A stretch of DNA of 64,000 bases from an uncultured delta proteobacterium (GCA_963706575.1 CAVPNL010000002.1:64001-128000), one strand, 5' to 3'; counted from the stretch's first letter, positions 10,879 to 19,741 are shown. Made by a program: numbers and translations. Notes: generated by a model not told the origin, from the letters alone.

Positions 10879-10927
10879 GGGGCTTTGATAACCATCAAGG
10901 CTTTCATTTTTATCGGCAGGGCGGGTT

Positions 10928-12400
10928 TTAAATCTCCTCGGTTTGAAGTCTATTGAACATTGAATATTGCTCAAACAGCTTTATAAGCTCTTCTTTTAAG
11001 GCGTTGGCATTATCCACCGCCTTCAAATATTCGGTTTTGAGCGAATTGATATGATCCACGGCTGACAAATACTCTTCACGGAATGTTATGACTCCCTTCT
11101 CAATATTCCGCTCATATTCATCTTTCAGTGAGTTAAACCCGGTTTTCAGCGTTAATGAATACTCCTCCTTCACGGAACTCAGCTTTTCAAGGGCCTTTTC
11201 ATATTCGCTCCTTAATCTGTCAGTCCATTTCTCACCAGCAAACAAGTATTGACTCTGAAGTTCCTGTAGTAATTCCTTTACGGATATAATATTATCTATC
11301 CTAAAAGCATTGCTCCCGGCAAAAGCAAAACCTTTATCCATAATCCCTTTTCGGGCGTTATCAAGCGCCAGGGAAATGCAATAGCGGGCGGTCTTGAGAT
11401 CACAGCTTTTGAGGCACTTCCAGGCGCATTTGATTTTCATTTTTTTCCCGGACGATACATCCTTTAAAAAGCGGCTCTTGATGGCCCGGCCCGGCATGCC
11501 GACAGGGCTCTTGATAATTTCGATATCATCCTCACTGCAGGCAACATATGACTCTTTGAATCTGATATCGGCGTCACATTCATGTGTGGCCACGAATCTT
11601 GTGCCCATCTGGACACCGCTGGCCCCAAGTTTGAAAACGTTATAAATATCAGTGCCCGTAAAAACGCCGCCGGCCGCAATTACGGGGATGGTTCTGCGGA
11701 ATTTTTTCTCATAACTTTTTACCGCGGCAACAACCTGGGGCAAAATATGCTCGAGTGCAAAATCAGGATCATCGATTTGTTCCGCTTTAAATCCCAGATG
11801 TCCCCCTGCTTTTGGCCCTTCCACAACAACCGCATCGGGGATATCCTCATATCTTTTTAACCAGGAACTGAAGATAAGGCGGGCTGCTCTGGCAGAGCTT
11901 ACAATTGGAACCACTTTGACCCCCGCTGATCTGAAATCCTCAACCGGAATCCCCTTAATCGGCAGTCCGGCTCCGAGGAAAACCATATCGACCTTTTCTT
12001 CGATTGCGACCGTGAGAAGCGCATGAAAATCGTGCACGGCTACCATAATATTGACGCCAATGATTCCCGAGCTCATTTCTTTTGCCTTTCTGATCTCTTT
12101 TCTTAAGGCAATGACATTGGCATCTTTATGAGTGGCATAATATTCAGGGTCAAGCATCCCGATTGAATTTGCGGCGATTACGCCGATACCGCCTTCATTC
12201 GCAACCGCGGAAGCCAGCCCTGAAAGAGATATCCCAACTCCCATTCCGCCCTGAACAATGGGGAGTTTTGCAACAGAATCACCGATTCTCAGCTTAGGCA
12301 TTCTTGACCACTGGATTTTCGAAAAATCAAATCTGGGCCATTCTATTTCACTGAAATCTATTTTTGGTATCTGCAATTTTGATAACATACTAAAATCCAT
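10928..12400 (-). CDS. nitronate monooxygenase/FabK-like flavoenzyme with N- and C-terminal repeat extensions
   Basis: PIVQGGMG, VEGPKAGGH, VIAAGG, GVQMGTRF, SPVGMPGRA motifs. Confidence 0.88.
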   Translation of the reverse strand: MDFSMLSKLQIPKIDFSEIEWPRFDFSKIQWSRMPKLRIGDSVAKLPIVQGGMGVGISLSGLASAVANEGGIGVIAANSIGMLDPEYYATHKDANVIALRKEIRKAKEMSSGIIGVNIMVAVHDFHALLTVAIEEKVDMVFLGAGLPIKGIPVEDFRSAGVKVVPIVSSARAARLIFSSWLKRYEDIPDAVVVEGPKAGGHLGFKAEQIDDPDFALEHILPQVVAAVKSYEKKFRRTIPVIAAGGVFTGTDIYNVFKLGASGVQMGTRFVATHECDADIRFKESYVACSEDDIEIIKSPVGMPGRAIKSRFLKDVSSGKKMKIKCAWKCLKSCDLKTARYCISLALDNARKGIMDKGFAFAGSNAFRIDNIISVKELLQELQSQYLFAGEKWTDRLRSEYEKALEKLSSVKEEYSLTLKTGFNSLKDEYERNIEKGVITFREEYLSAVDHINSLKTEYLKAVDNANALKEELIKLFEQYSMFNRLQTEEI

Positions 12401-12848
12401 CAATTAATGTTCCTTTCCGGAAAGAAAACACATATGTGGCTGTCTTTGTCGGCCACAAGAGGGCGAGTTTATGATAGTTAGGCCTGTATGTCAAGGATGC
12501 ATATAAAGCCGGGCGTTCGATGCAGATATACTTGATTATCTAATGGGTTAAACGTGCATTTTTGACATTACCCTATAGTATACCACAATTTTATTAAGAT
12601 ATCATTTTCATCTCATCGGTTTTCACTTTGCTTGAACTGATTAAAAATAAGGATCCGGGCTCACGGCTCACGCAAGAAGCAGAATTTTACCTTAAACCTT
12701 AATATATTTAGGTGCTCTCAGTACAAAAGGCAACAAAAGGCGCCGTTTGCGAAAAAGTCGTTTATACGAGCATACACGTTCCTGTGTGGGCATTTTTGAG
12801 CCAATTCAATAAACGCTCTAAATACTCATAAAAATAGTTGTGAATTCC

Positions 12849-12943
12849 GACCTGGGTCTTTAAATCCTTTGTAGTTCAAACAGGTTACCAATGGAGCCCT
12901 AACGAGATCCGGTGGGCTGGATTCGATTCTGGTCTTGGGTACC
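12849..12943 (+). pseudogene. degenerate tRNA-Leu-like remnant (candidate att site)
   Basis: 12914-12943 matches the tRNA-Leu 3' end at about 21/30 columns; GGGTCTTTAAATCC resembles the anticodon arm. Confidence 0.5.
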
Positions 12944-12953
12944 CTATCTTAAC

Positions 12954-12986
12954 GCCTTCAGAAATTTAATTCTGAAGGCATTTTTT
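12954..12986 (+). terminator. intrinsic terminator
   Basis: GCCTTCAGAA...TTCTGAAGGC-A-TTTTTT. Confidence 0.7.
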
Positions 12987-13079
12987 AATACAAAACTTGT
13001 TTTTTGTAGTTGAGTGCCAATAGTATGAAAAAGATTTTCGGGAGATTTTGCAAAATGGGGGCACAAGAGGAGGTTTGAA

Positions 13080-13937
13080 ATGAGATGGAGAACCGGGAGG
13101 AGAAGCCGCAACATTGAAGATCGGCGCAGAATTCGGGTGACGCGCAAAGCCGCAGGCGGGGGCATCGGGATCATTGTTATTGCCCTCATCGCCATGTACT
13201 TCGGAGTCGATCCCACCGTAATTTTAAATCAGCAGAGTCCGACTACCAGCAGTGTGTCCACGCACACAACCTCAAAACCGATTTCCCCTGCTGATAACCA
13301 GCTGGCTGATTTCGTATCCGTGGTGCTGGCTGATACCGAAGACACCTGGCGCGCCCTGTTCAACAAAATGGGCAAAACCTATCGGGAACCCAATCTGGTG
13401 CTGTTTTCAGGTGCGGTCGAATCCGCCTGCGGCTACGCTCAGGCAGCGATGGGACCTTTTTATTGTCCTGCCGACCAGAAGGTCTATATTGACCTGAGCT
13501 TTTACCAGGATTTAAAAAACCGCCATGGAGCACCGGGGGATTTCGCCCAGGCCTATGTGATTGCCCATGAAATCGGGCATCACGTTCAGACGCTGCTGGG
13601 GATTTCCGAAAAAGTACACACGGCGCGCAGACGCCTCAACCAGGTGGAAGGCAATAAGCTTTCGGTATTGCAGGAATTGCAGGCCGATTGCTTTTCAGGT
13701 GTCTGGGCCCATCATGCCAATCGTGCCCGGCAGATTCTGGAAGAAGGGGATATCGAAGAAGCCTTAAATGCTGCCAGCGCCATCGGAGATGACCGCCTGC
13801 AGCGCAGGGGCAGGGGATATGTCACCCCGGATTCTTTTACCCACGGCAGTTCCAGACAGCGCGTGAGCTGGTTTAAGCAGGGACTTGAGACCGGTGACAT
13901 CCTGGATTGCAACACTTTCCGAGCGGATAATCTGTAA
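13080..13937 (+). CDS. neutral zinc metallopeptidase (YpfJ-like)
   Basis: SRNIEDRR, GPFYCPAD, AHEIGHHVQ, ELQADC, SFTHGSS; GAGGAGG RBS. Confidence 0.92.
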   Translation: MRWRTGRRSRNIEDRRRIRVTRKAAGGGIGIIVIALIAMYFGVDPTVILNQQSPTTSSVSTHTTSKPISPADNQLADFVSVVLADTEDTWRALFNKMGKTYREPNLVLFSGAVESACGYAQAAMGPFYCPADQKVYIDLSFYQDLKNRHGAPGDFAQAYVIAHEIGHHVQTLLGISEKVHTARRRLNQVEGNKLSVLQELQADCFSGVWAHHANRARQILEEGDIEEALNAASAIGDDRLQRRGRGYVTPDSFTHGSSRQRVSWFKQGLETGDILDCNTFRADNL

Positions 13938-13968
13938 ACACGAAATGCTTCGGGTCCTGTTTCGTGAA

Positions 13969-14367
13969 TCAGATCCTAAAGCCGGATATCAAATGAAAAA
14001 AAACGTAGTATAGGCCGCCTGCAATGCCGATCAGGCTCGCGATGAGCCAGACAATCCGGCGCCGGTTAGCCCGATGCTCTCTAATCGCTTCTTTTTCGTT
14101 TAAATACTCGATGGCGGTGTCAATAATGGTTTTGCGCAGGGCGAGGACCGAAGGTTTGCGGCAATGCGGGCATAATTCAAGGAAGTTGCCTAAATCTTTT
14201 GTTTCGTAATGGTAACGACTGACGTACTGCTGCGGGGTGCTGATGGTTTCATCGATTTTTTTCTTCGGCCGGCTTTCTAAAAGGATCAGGGACCTTTCCT
14301 CGCCGGCGATGCCGGGTTCAATATCTAATATGGTCATTTCCTCCTGATTTAATTTTTTTGCCTCCAT
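13969..14367 (-). CDS. hypothetical protein with CxxC and C-terminal TM
   Basis: CPHC; hydrophobic C-terminus; sigma54-type promoter upstream. Confidence 0.6.
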   Translation of the reverse strand: MEAKKLNQEEMTILDIEPGIAGEERSLILLESRPKKKIDETISTPQQYVSRYHYETKDLGNFLELCPHCRKPSVLALRKTIIDTAIEYLNEKEAIREHRANRRRIVWLIASLIGIAGGLYYVFFHLISGFRI

Positions 14368-14439
14368 TTTTCCCACCTTCATTGTTGAAGTGTTTTTATC
14401 TCCTATGGGCGATTAAAAGCGCCTGGTTTGAATTATTAT

Positions 14440-14539
14440 TCACCACAGAGTCCGCAGAGCACACAGAGATAAAAAATTATAATTTCAACTCTTTTATTTC
14501 TGATTTCATTCTCTGTGCACTCTGTGTTCTCTGTGGTAA
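14440..14539. repeat. CACAGAG-type inverted repeat element
   Basis: CACCACAGAGTCCGCAGAGCACACAGAG ... CTCTGTGCACTCTGTGTTCTCTGTGGT. Confidence 0.7.
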
Positions 14540-14595
14540 AAAATCCAGCATCCGTGTTTGAAGCTGAATTACCGAATTCCCCCGATTTTAAAATT

Positions 14596-14612
14596 TGCAG
14601 AAATCATGCCAG
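14596..14612 (-). promoter_or_regulatory. sigma54 -24/-12 promoter
   Basis: minus strand CTGGCATGATTTCTGCA, GG-N10-GC spacing. Confidence 0.65.
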
Positions 14613-14770
14613 ATTCCCTAGCAGTTAAATCCATTGAAATCATAGATAGTTGCGCTTGGAGTGAAATCGTTTTCACAAGTCTGCCTGTGAATAAAAATAA
14701 ACAATAATGGGTAGGATTTTTCATATTTTTAAGGAGTTATATAGATTGCCATAAGAATAGATATTCTGAT

Positions 14771-14797
14771 TTAAGATATTTCCACAGGTGCCGATAG
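14771..14797 (+). promoter_or_regulatory. candidate sigma28 (FliA) promoter
   Basis: TTAA-N15-GCCGATAG versus consensus TAAA-N15-GCCGATAA. Confidence 0.45.
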
Positions 14798-14906
14798 TCT
14801 AATTCAGAGGCTGGGCGAAAGATCAGAGAGCCCCAAAAATCGAATTAATCGTTACCACTCGAATAACGGTTAGCAGTAAAAAAAAGTTGTCAAACAGGAG
14901 AACGCA

Positions 14907-16046
14907 ATGGCAATTCCTCAGCATCTTGAAGTCATCAAACAGGGGGTGGCGGCCTGGAATAACTGGCGCATCGACAACCCCGCTGAAGAACCCGACCTGG
15001 CCGGGGCCAACCTCAGCAAAACAGACCTCAAAGAAGCCAATTTAAGAGAAACCGATCTGAGGTGGTCGGATCTGACATGTGCAAACCTGAGCAGCGCTTT
15101 CCTCAACCGGGCAGACCTGCGGCGGGCAAATCTCAGTCAGGCAAATTTTAAGCTGGCAAATCTGAGCGAAGCCAATCTGAGCGAAACCTACCTCAGCGGC
15201 GCTGATTTGAGTGAAGCGGACCTTAAAAAGGCTTTTTTTATTCGATCGGATCTGGCCAACGTCAATCTCAGCAACTCGGATTGCCAGAGGGCAGATTTTA
15301 GATGGGCCTATCTGATCAAGGCGAGATTCAATGGCGCAAATCTCAGCGGTGCCAACCTGATCGAAGCCAATTTAACCAAGGCTGAATTAAAAAAGAGCAA
15401 CCTCAGCGAAGCATTTGTCGCCTGGAGTTGTTTCGGTGATAACGACTTGAGCCAAACCCATGGGCTTGATGCGGTTAAACATTTCGGGCCTTCTACAATC
15501 GGGATCGACACCATCTATCGCTCAAGGGGCAATATTCCTGAAGGATTCCTCAGAGGCGCCGGCGTACCGGAGCACTTTATATCATATACCCGGTATTTGA
15601 ACGAAAAAGCGTTTGCGCATAGCAGTTGCTTTATCAGTTTTTCCGGAAATGATCGCAATTTTGTCGAAAAAATCGGTGAAGACCTGCAACGTGAAGGGAT
15701 CCGTTGCTGGTATGCACCTGAAGAAATGAAGATGGGGGATGCGATCCGGCAGCAGGTCGATCAGCTGATTCGCATACAGGATAAGCTGCTGGTGGTATTG
15801 TCAAAATTTTCAGTCGAAAGCCCATGGATTCAAAAAGAGGTAGCGGCGGCATTAGCAGAAGAGCGCAATCGCAAACGAACTGTTCTATTTCCGTTACGTC
15901 TGGACAACGGCAGCATGGATGCGGAAAAAGATTGGCTGGCCAATCTTCAAAAAAACCGTCAAATTTATGATTTTAGCGCCTGGCAAAATTGGGAGGCGTA
16001 TTACACTCAATTTAACTGTCTGCTTGAAGATTTAAGAAAATCCTAA
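14907..16046 (+). CDS. pentapeptide-repeat + TIR domain protein
   Basis: ~140 aa of A(N/D)LxX repeats, then SCFISFS...GIRCWY...LLVVLS...SPWIQKEV...LFPLRLD; AGGAG RBS. Confidence 0.9.
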   Translation: MAIPQHLEVIKQGVAAWNNWRIDNPAEEPDLAGANLSKTDLKEANLRETDLRWSDLTCANLSSAFLNRADLRRANLSQANFKLANLSEANLSETYLSGADLSEADLKKAFFIRSDLANVNLSNSDCQRADFRWAYLIKARFNGANLSGANLIEANLTKAELKKSNLSEAFVAWSCFGDNDLSQTHGLDAVKHFGPSTIGIDTIYRSRGNIPEGFLRGAGVPEHFISYTRYLNEKAFAHSSCFISFSGNDRNFVEKIGEDLQREGIRCWYAPEEMKMGDAIRQQVDQLIRIQDKLLVVLSKFSVESPWIQKEVAAALAEERNRKRTVLFPLRLDNGSMDAEKDWLANLQKNRQIYDFSAWQNWEAYYTQFNCLLEDLRKS

Positions 16047-16221
16047 CAGGTGGCAAACAAGAAGCACAAGGAAGTATGGAAAGGCTGGAACACCTCCCGG
16101 CGCCTTACGGTAGCCGGCTTCCTTGCGCCGCTCTTTAGTATACCACATTGTGGCATATGTCAAGTTAAATCCGCAGAATCTAAACAGGATAAAATCAGTA
16201 TGGGATACGGGACAATGTCAA

Positions 16222-18021
16222 ATGGATGAAAAATCGCAAAATAAGCCTGAAACACAGACAGAGCCGGAATCATCCGGGCACATTGATTCCATTCCTGTTA
16301 CAAATGACATCGAACAAAATATTGAATCATTCGAGAATATTGAAAGCGAACCTGAAAGTATCGCTTCGGAAATGAAAGCGACACCTGATCATGCCATTGA
16401 CAATCCGGAAACAACCAGACCGCTCGATAAAGCGCATAAAGACACCGGGCAGGAGTCAGATTATCCGGAAACAGAACGCGCGCATGAAACCCTGCTATCG
16501 AGCTCAAACGATGACGACGATGTTGGAGCACCTGAAAAAGAAGACCTAAGCGGCACCGAAGGGGTTGATGATGATGGGGGAGGGGTGGGTACAACAGATG
16601 TGGTAAAAGCGGGAGTTGCCCAATCCGACCCTATCGCTAACGATGAAGTGGAAGAGATCCGGGAATCGTCGGAGGATAAAGTTGAAATCGAGGAAATAGA
16701 TGAAAAGCAGGAAAATAAAGGTGATTTCGAGGACGATGATCCGGCAGCCCAAACTCAAATCGAGCTAGAAACAGCCGACGCTGAAGAAAAAAAAGACAAT
16801 ATTGCGGAAGGAAAAACCATTCAAACGCCGGCAAGAAAAAGCTCAGTGTTTAAAGTGGCGGTATCGGCCATCTTAATTGTCGCTGCGTTTTCCGGTTTTT
16901 TCTTATTTGACAACAAGTCAAAAGTTAAGGCGACCTCTCAGCAGGCATTGAATACTTCAGAAAAGACGAAGATTTCTCCAAGCCGGCATAAAAAAACGGA
17001 GATCAGCAAACCGGCAACATCGAAAATCAGCAGCATTTATAACGCCAAAATTGAAGAAATAACCGCTCTCAGAGACAGATTGCTGCTTAAGCAAGAAGAA
17101 ATTATGCGTCTCAAAAAACGTTACCAGGATGGTGTAGAAGAACTGGAAAATGAGATTTCAGATGAGCTGCAAAAAAAAGAAAGCAACACCTTTCTGCAGG
17201 CCATGGATGACAAAGCCATTGCCTTTACGCTTCGCACCATTCAGCGCCGGCAGGCCTATATTCAACAGCTTGACGGTCCTGCAAGATGGATTCACCTGGC
17301 CTGCGAGGAGTTGCTGTATATCAAGCGGCGAACATTGATGGATCTTCAGGTAGCCGAGATTGCCGGTGGAATTGATATGAACAAACATGTGCGACTAATT
17401 AACGCCGCAGTTCGAAAATATCAGCCCACTGCGGACAAACTTGCCCCGGACATGACAAATGCGCAGCTGGAGCCGCTGGAAACCATATGGAACCGTATTC
17501 AAGATAAAATACAGCTGTATGCTTCAGTTCGGGCCCATTCCCAAAACCAGATCATTTCCGATCAGATTTGCACGGGAAATTTTAACCGTTTAAACGAGCT
17601 TTCCGAAATTTCGGCCGAAACCGCTAAATGTATCACAGAGATGCAGGCTTCAGATCTCTTTCTTAACAGGCTGGCCGAAATTTCACCCGCTGCCGCCAGG
17701 CAGTTGTTTCAATGGAAAGGAAGCTGGGTTTGTTTAAACGGTGTCAGAGCCCTTTCGCCGCGTGCTGCTCACTATCTCTTCCAGTGGGATGGCAATTGGA
17801 TATCTTTAAATGGTTTAACCGAATTCCCGGCTGAAATTGGCGAGACACTGTTGCATTGGAACGGCCGGCAGCTGGAGCTTATGGGTTTGCAGTACAGTGA
17901 AGATTATCCGGCAAGTATTGCCTTAGAATATCTTGCCCGGTGGGAACGTGACGGTGGAAAATTATTTGTGCCGCAAATCATTAGAAAAAAAATTGACGAG
18001 ATGCATAGAAATACAACCTAA
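16222..18021 (+). CDS. hypothetical membrane-anchored protein: acidic disordered N-terminus, TM, helical domain, C-terminal 24-aa LRR-like repeats
   Basis: D/E-rich ~200 aa; TM VAVSAILIVAAFSGFFLF; repeats LNRLAEISPAAARQLFQW / LNGVRALSPRAAHYLFQW / LNGLTEFPAEIGETLLHW. Confidence 0.75.
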   Translation: MDEKSQNKPETQTEPESSGHIDSIPVTNDIEQNIESFENIESEPESIASEMKATPDHAIDNPETTRPLDKAHKDTGQESDYPETERAHETLLSSSNDDDDVGAPEKEDLSGTEGVDDDGGGVGTTDVVKAGVAQSDPIANDEVEEIRESSEDKVEIEEIDEKQENKGDFEDDDPAAQTQIELETADAEEKKDNIAEGKTIQTPARKSSVFKVAVSAILIVAAFSGFFLFDNKSKVKATSQQALNTSEKTKISPSRHKKTEISKPATSKISSIYNAKIEEITALRDRLLLKQEEIMRLKKRYQDGVEELENEISDELQKKESNTFLQAMDDKAIAFTLRTIQRRQAYIQQLDGPARWIHLACEELLYIKRRTLMDLQVAEIAGGIDMNKHVRLINAAVRKYQPTADKLAPDMTNAQLEPLETIWNRIQDKIQLYASVRAHSQNQIISDQICTGNFNRLNELSEISAETAKCITEMQASDLFLNRLAEISPAAARQLFQWKGSWVCLNGVRALSPRAAHYLFQWDGNWISLNGLTEFPAEIGETLLHWNGRQLELMGLQYSEDYPASIALEYLARWERDGGKLFVPQIIRKKIDEMHRNTT

Positions 18022-18040
18022 TAAGCAAAGAGGAATTGAG

Positions 18041-18622
18041 ATGCTGAAACGAGTTTCCGGTATGGTTATTATGTCAATTCTGGCGCTGTTATTATCATTA
18101 AATCTGGTGTCAGCCGGTAGCCCTAAGACCGGAGCTTTGGAGCAAAAAATATATGAAATTTCGTCTTTACGGGCAAAGATTATTGACAAAATCGATCAGG
18201 CCTTTGAGATGCGGACTCGTCTGGAACATCAACTGGCTGACCTGCAAGACGAAATCCGATCCGAGCAGATCCGTGCCGAAATTTATACCCATCAGGAAGC
18301 TTTGCAAAATTTACGAATCCGCTACAATCTCAGTTTAATTCAGGTTTTAAGGGCTTATATAAACCGACTTAATGAACGAATTGCTTATTTCCAAAATGGC
18401 AATGAACACTTAAGATTTTTTGCTCATCAGATTAAAGACGATATTGCCATAATTAATACCTTGAAAGACATGGAAATTGATAATTTAACTGACCGCATCA
18501 ACCGTGTTTTGGATGAATTTATCCCCGAGACGAAAAAAAAGATTTTTAATGTGAGCAGTGTCCGGATGCTGCCCATCGAACGCGTCTGGGACGAAACAAC
18601 CATGGAGTTTCAGTTGAACTAG
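18041..18622 (+). CDS. secreted helical hypothetical protein, paralog of the middle domain of 16222-18021
   Basis: signal peptide MLKRVSGMVIMSILALLLSLNLVSA; GAGG RBS; ungapped alignment to upstream protein. Confidence 0.75.
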   Translation: MLKRVSGMVIMSILALLLSLNLVSAGSPKTGALEQKIYEISSLRAKIIDKIDQAFEMRTRLEHQLADLQDEIRSEQIRAEIYTHQEALQNLRIRYNLSLIQVLRAYINRLNERIAYFQNGNEHLRFFAHQIKDDIAIINTLKDMEIDNLTDRINRVLDEFIPETKKKIFNVSSVRMLPIERVWDETTMEFQLN

Positions 18623-18710
18623 AAGTGGTTTCCAAACCTCAGATAAGGTTCCCCGCTTAGCGGGGCAACGCAGCCATTGGGCCTTAGATGGGGTTTTGAA
18701 ATCACTTCTA
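18620..18710. mobile_element. family A hairpin MITE, internally deleted copy
   Basis: TAGAAGTGGTTTCCAAACC...GGTTTTGAAATCACTTCTA; centre replaced by CCCCGCTTAGCGGGG. Confidence 0.85.
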
Positions 18711-18974
18711 ATAGCCTCTGCGAAACGATTCTGAGAATTGAAGCTTGCCGGCAGGTCACTTTGGGATTGAACTGGAGCAGTCCGAAGGAATTATAAGAGA
18801 ATATGGCCCGCTTAGAACAAAAATATAAAGTTATGACGCGTAAATATCATTATAAAATAACTATATATTCAGGCAGTTGTCTTGTATAATTTCCTAAATT
18901 AGGTTATGATAGAGGTAATGGCAAGTGATACGACAGCGCTTGAGAGGAAATCGTGATTTAAAAGGGCAAGCATT

Positions 18975-19376
18975 ATGAATAGATGTGCGCTAATCGCTTT
19001 TTATTTAACTGTGATTTTAATCTGTGCATCATGCTGGGGTCCTAAAATATCAATGGAGGAAGAAAAAGTCCTGGCCACGCTGGCCAATATTCAGGGAAAC
19101 CTGGAAACCAGCATTGACTATCAACAATATCTCGAGTTGCTGGGTCTGGCCAAAATTGAAATTGATATTTTAAAAAGGAGCGGTAAAAATAATACCTGTT
19201 TTATGGGTGCGGTCGATAAATGTTATTCATATTACTTCACCGGCGGAAAAGCCTGGAAACAAAAATTAGAAGCAACCGACGAGTCCCGCAAAAGCGATAT
19301 GGACCTGACCATGTCGGTTCTGCATTCTCAGGCCGCGCTAAGCATCCAGATGGCCAGTAATTGCTATAAAAATTAA
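18975..19376 (+). CDS. hypothetical lipoprotein
   Basis: hydrophobic leader ending ICASC; helical body with three further Cys. Confidence 0.65.
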   Translation: MNRCALIAFYLTVILICASCWGPKISMEEEKVLATLANIQGNLETSIDYQQYLELLGLAKIEIDILKRSGKNNTCFMGAVDKCYSYYFTGGKAWKQKLEATDESRKSDMDLTMSVLHSQAALSIQMASNCYKN

Positions 19377-19451
19377 AACTGCTTAAACTTCTATTTTCTC
19401 TTCCTCATTCAACTTTTCAAAGAAATCAACCATAGCCTTATCTTTATCTAA

Positions 19452-19556
19452 AAATGCCTAAAATGACTAAAGTGAGCTAAAATGCCTAAAGTTGAGGAAT
19501 TCTACCCGTCGAGAGCCTCTGGGTCGAACGATCGTATTTTTAATTTTAGCTCATTT
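19452..19556 (+). mobile_element. family B nonamer element, partial/variant
   Basis: AAATGCCTAAAATGACTAAAGTGAGCTAAAATGCCTAAAGTTGAGGAATTCT...TTTTAGCTCATTT. Confidence 0.7.
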
Positions 19557-19566
19557 CTCCTTGATT

Positions 19567-19734
19567 TTAGGACGATTGCTTGGGGTCATCAAGTTGTTGC
19601 AAAAATTCCCTGAACCAGGGGGGATTTTCCCAAATAATATAGATAAGAAATATAGCAGTGAGGGGAAGAAAAAAAACGGCCAGGTCCACCAGAAGAATGA
19701 TAACGCAAATCAGGATCCGTTGTTTCTTACTCAT
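19567..19734 (-). CDS. 55-aa membrane protein (below ORF-track cut-off)
   Basis: hand translation MSKKQRILICVIILLVDLAVFFLPLTAIFLIYIIWENPPWFREFLQQLDDPKQSS; starts 7 nt after upstream gene stop. Confidence 0.65.
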   Translation of the reverse strand: MSKKQRILICVIILLVDLAVFFLPLTAIFLIYIIWENPPWFREFLQQLDDPKQSS

Positions 19735-19741
19735 GGCTGTC

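Noticed and set aside
16050..16125. c-di-GMP-I riboswitch
   Set aside because: GGCAAAC and ACGGTAGCCGG resemble the ends, but the GAAA-capped P2 and GACGCAAA junction are missing
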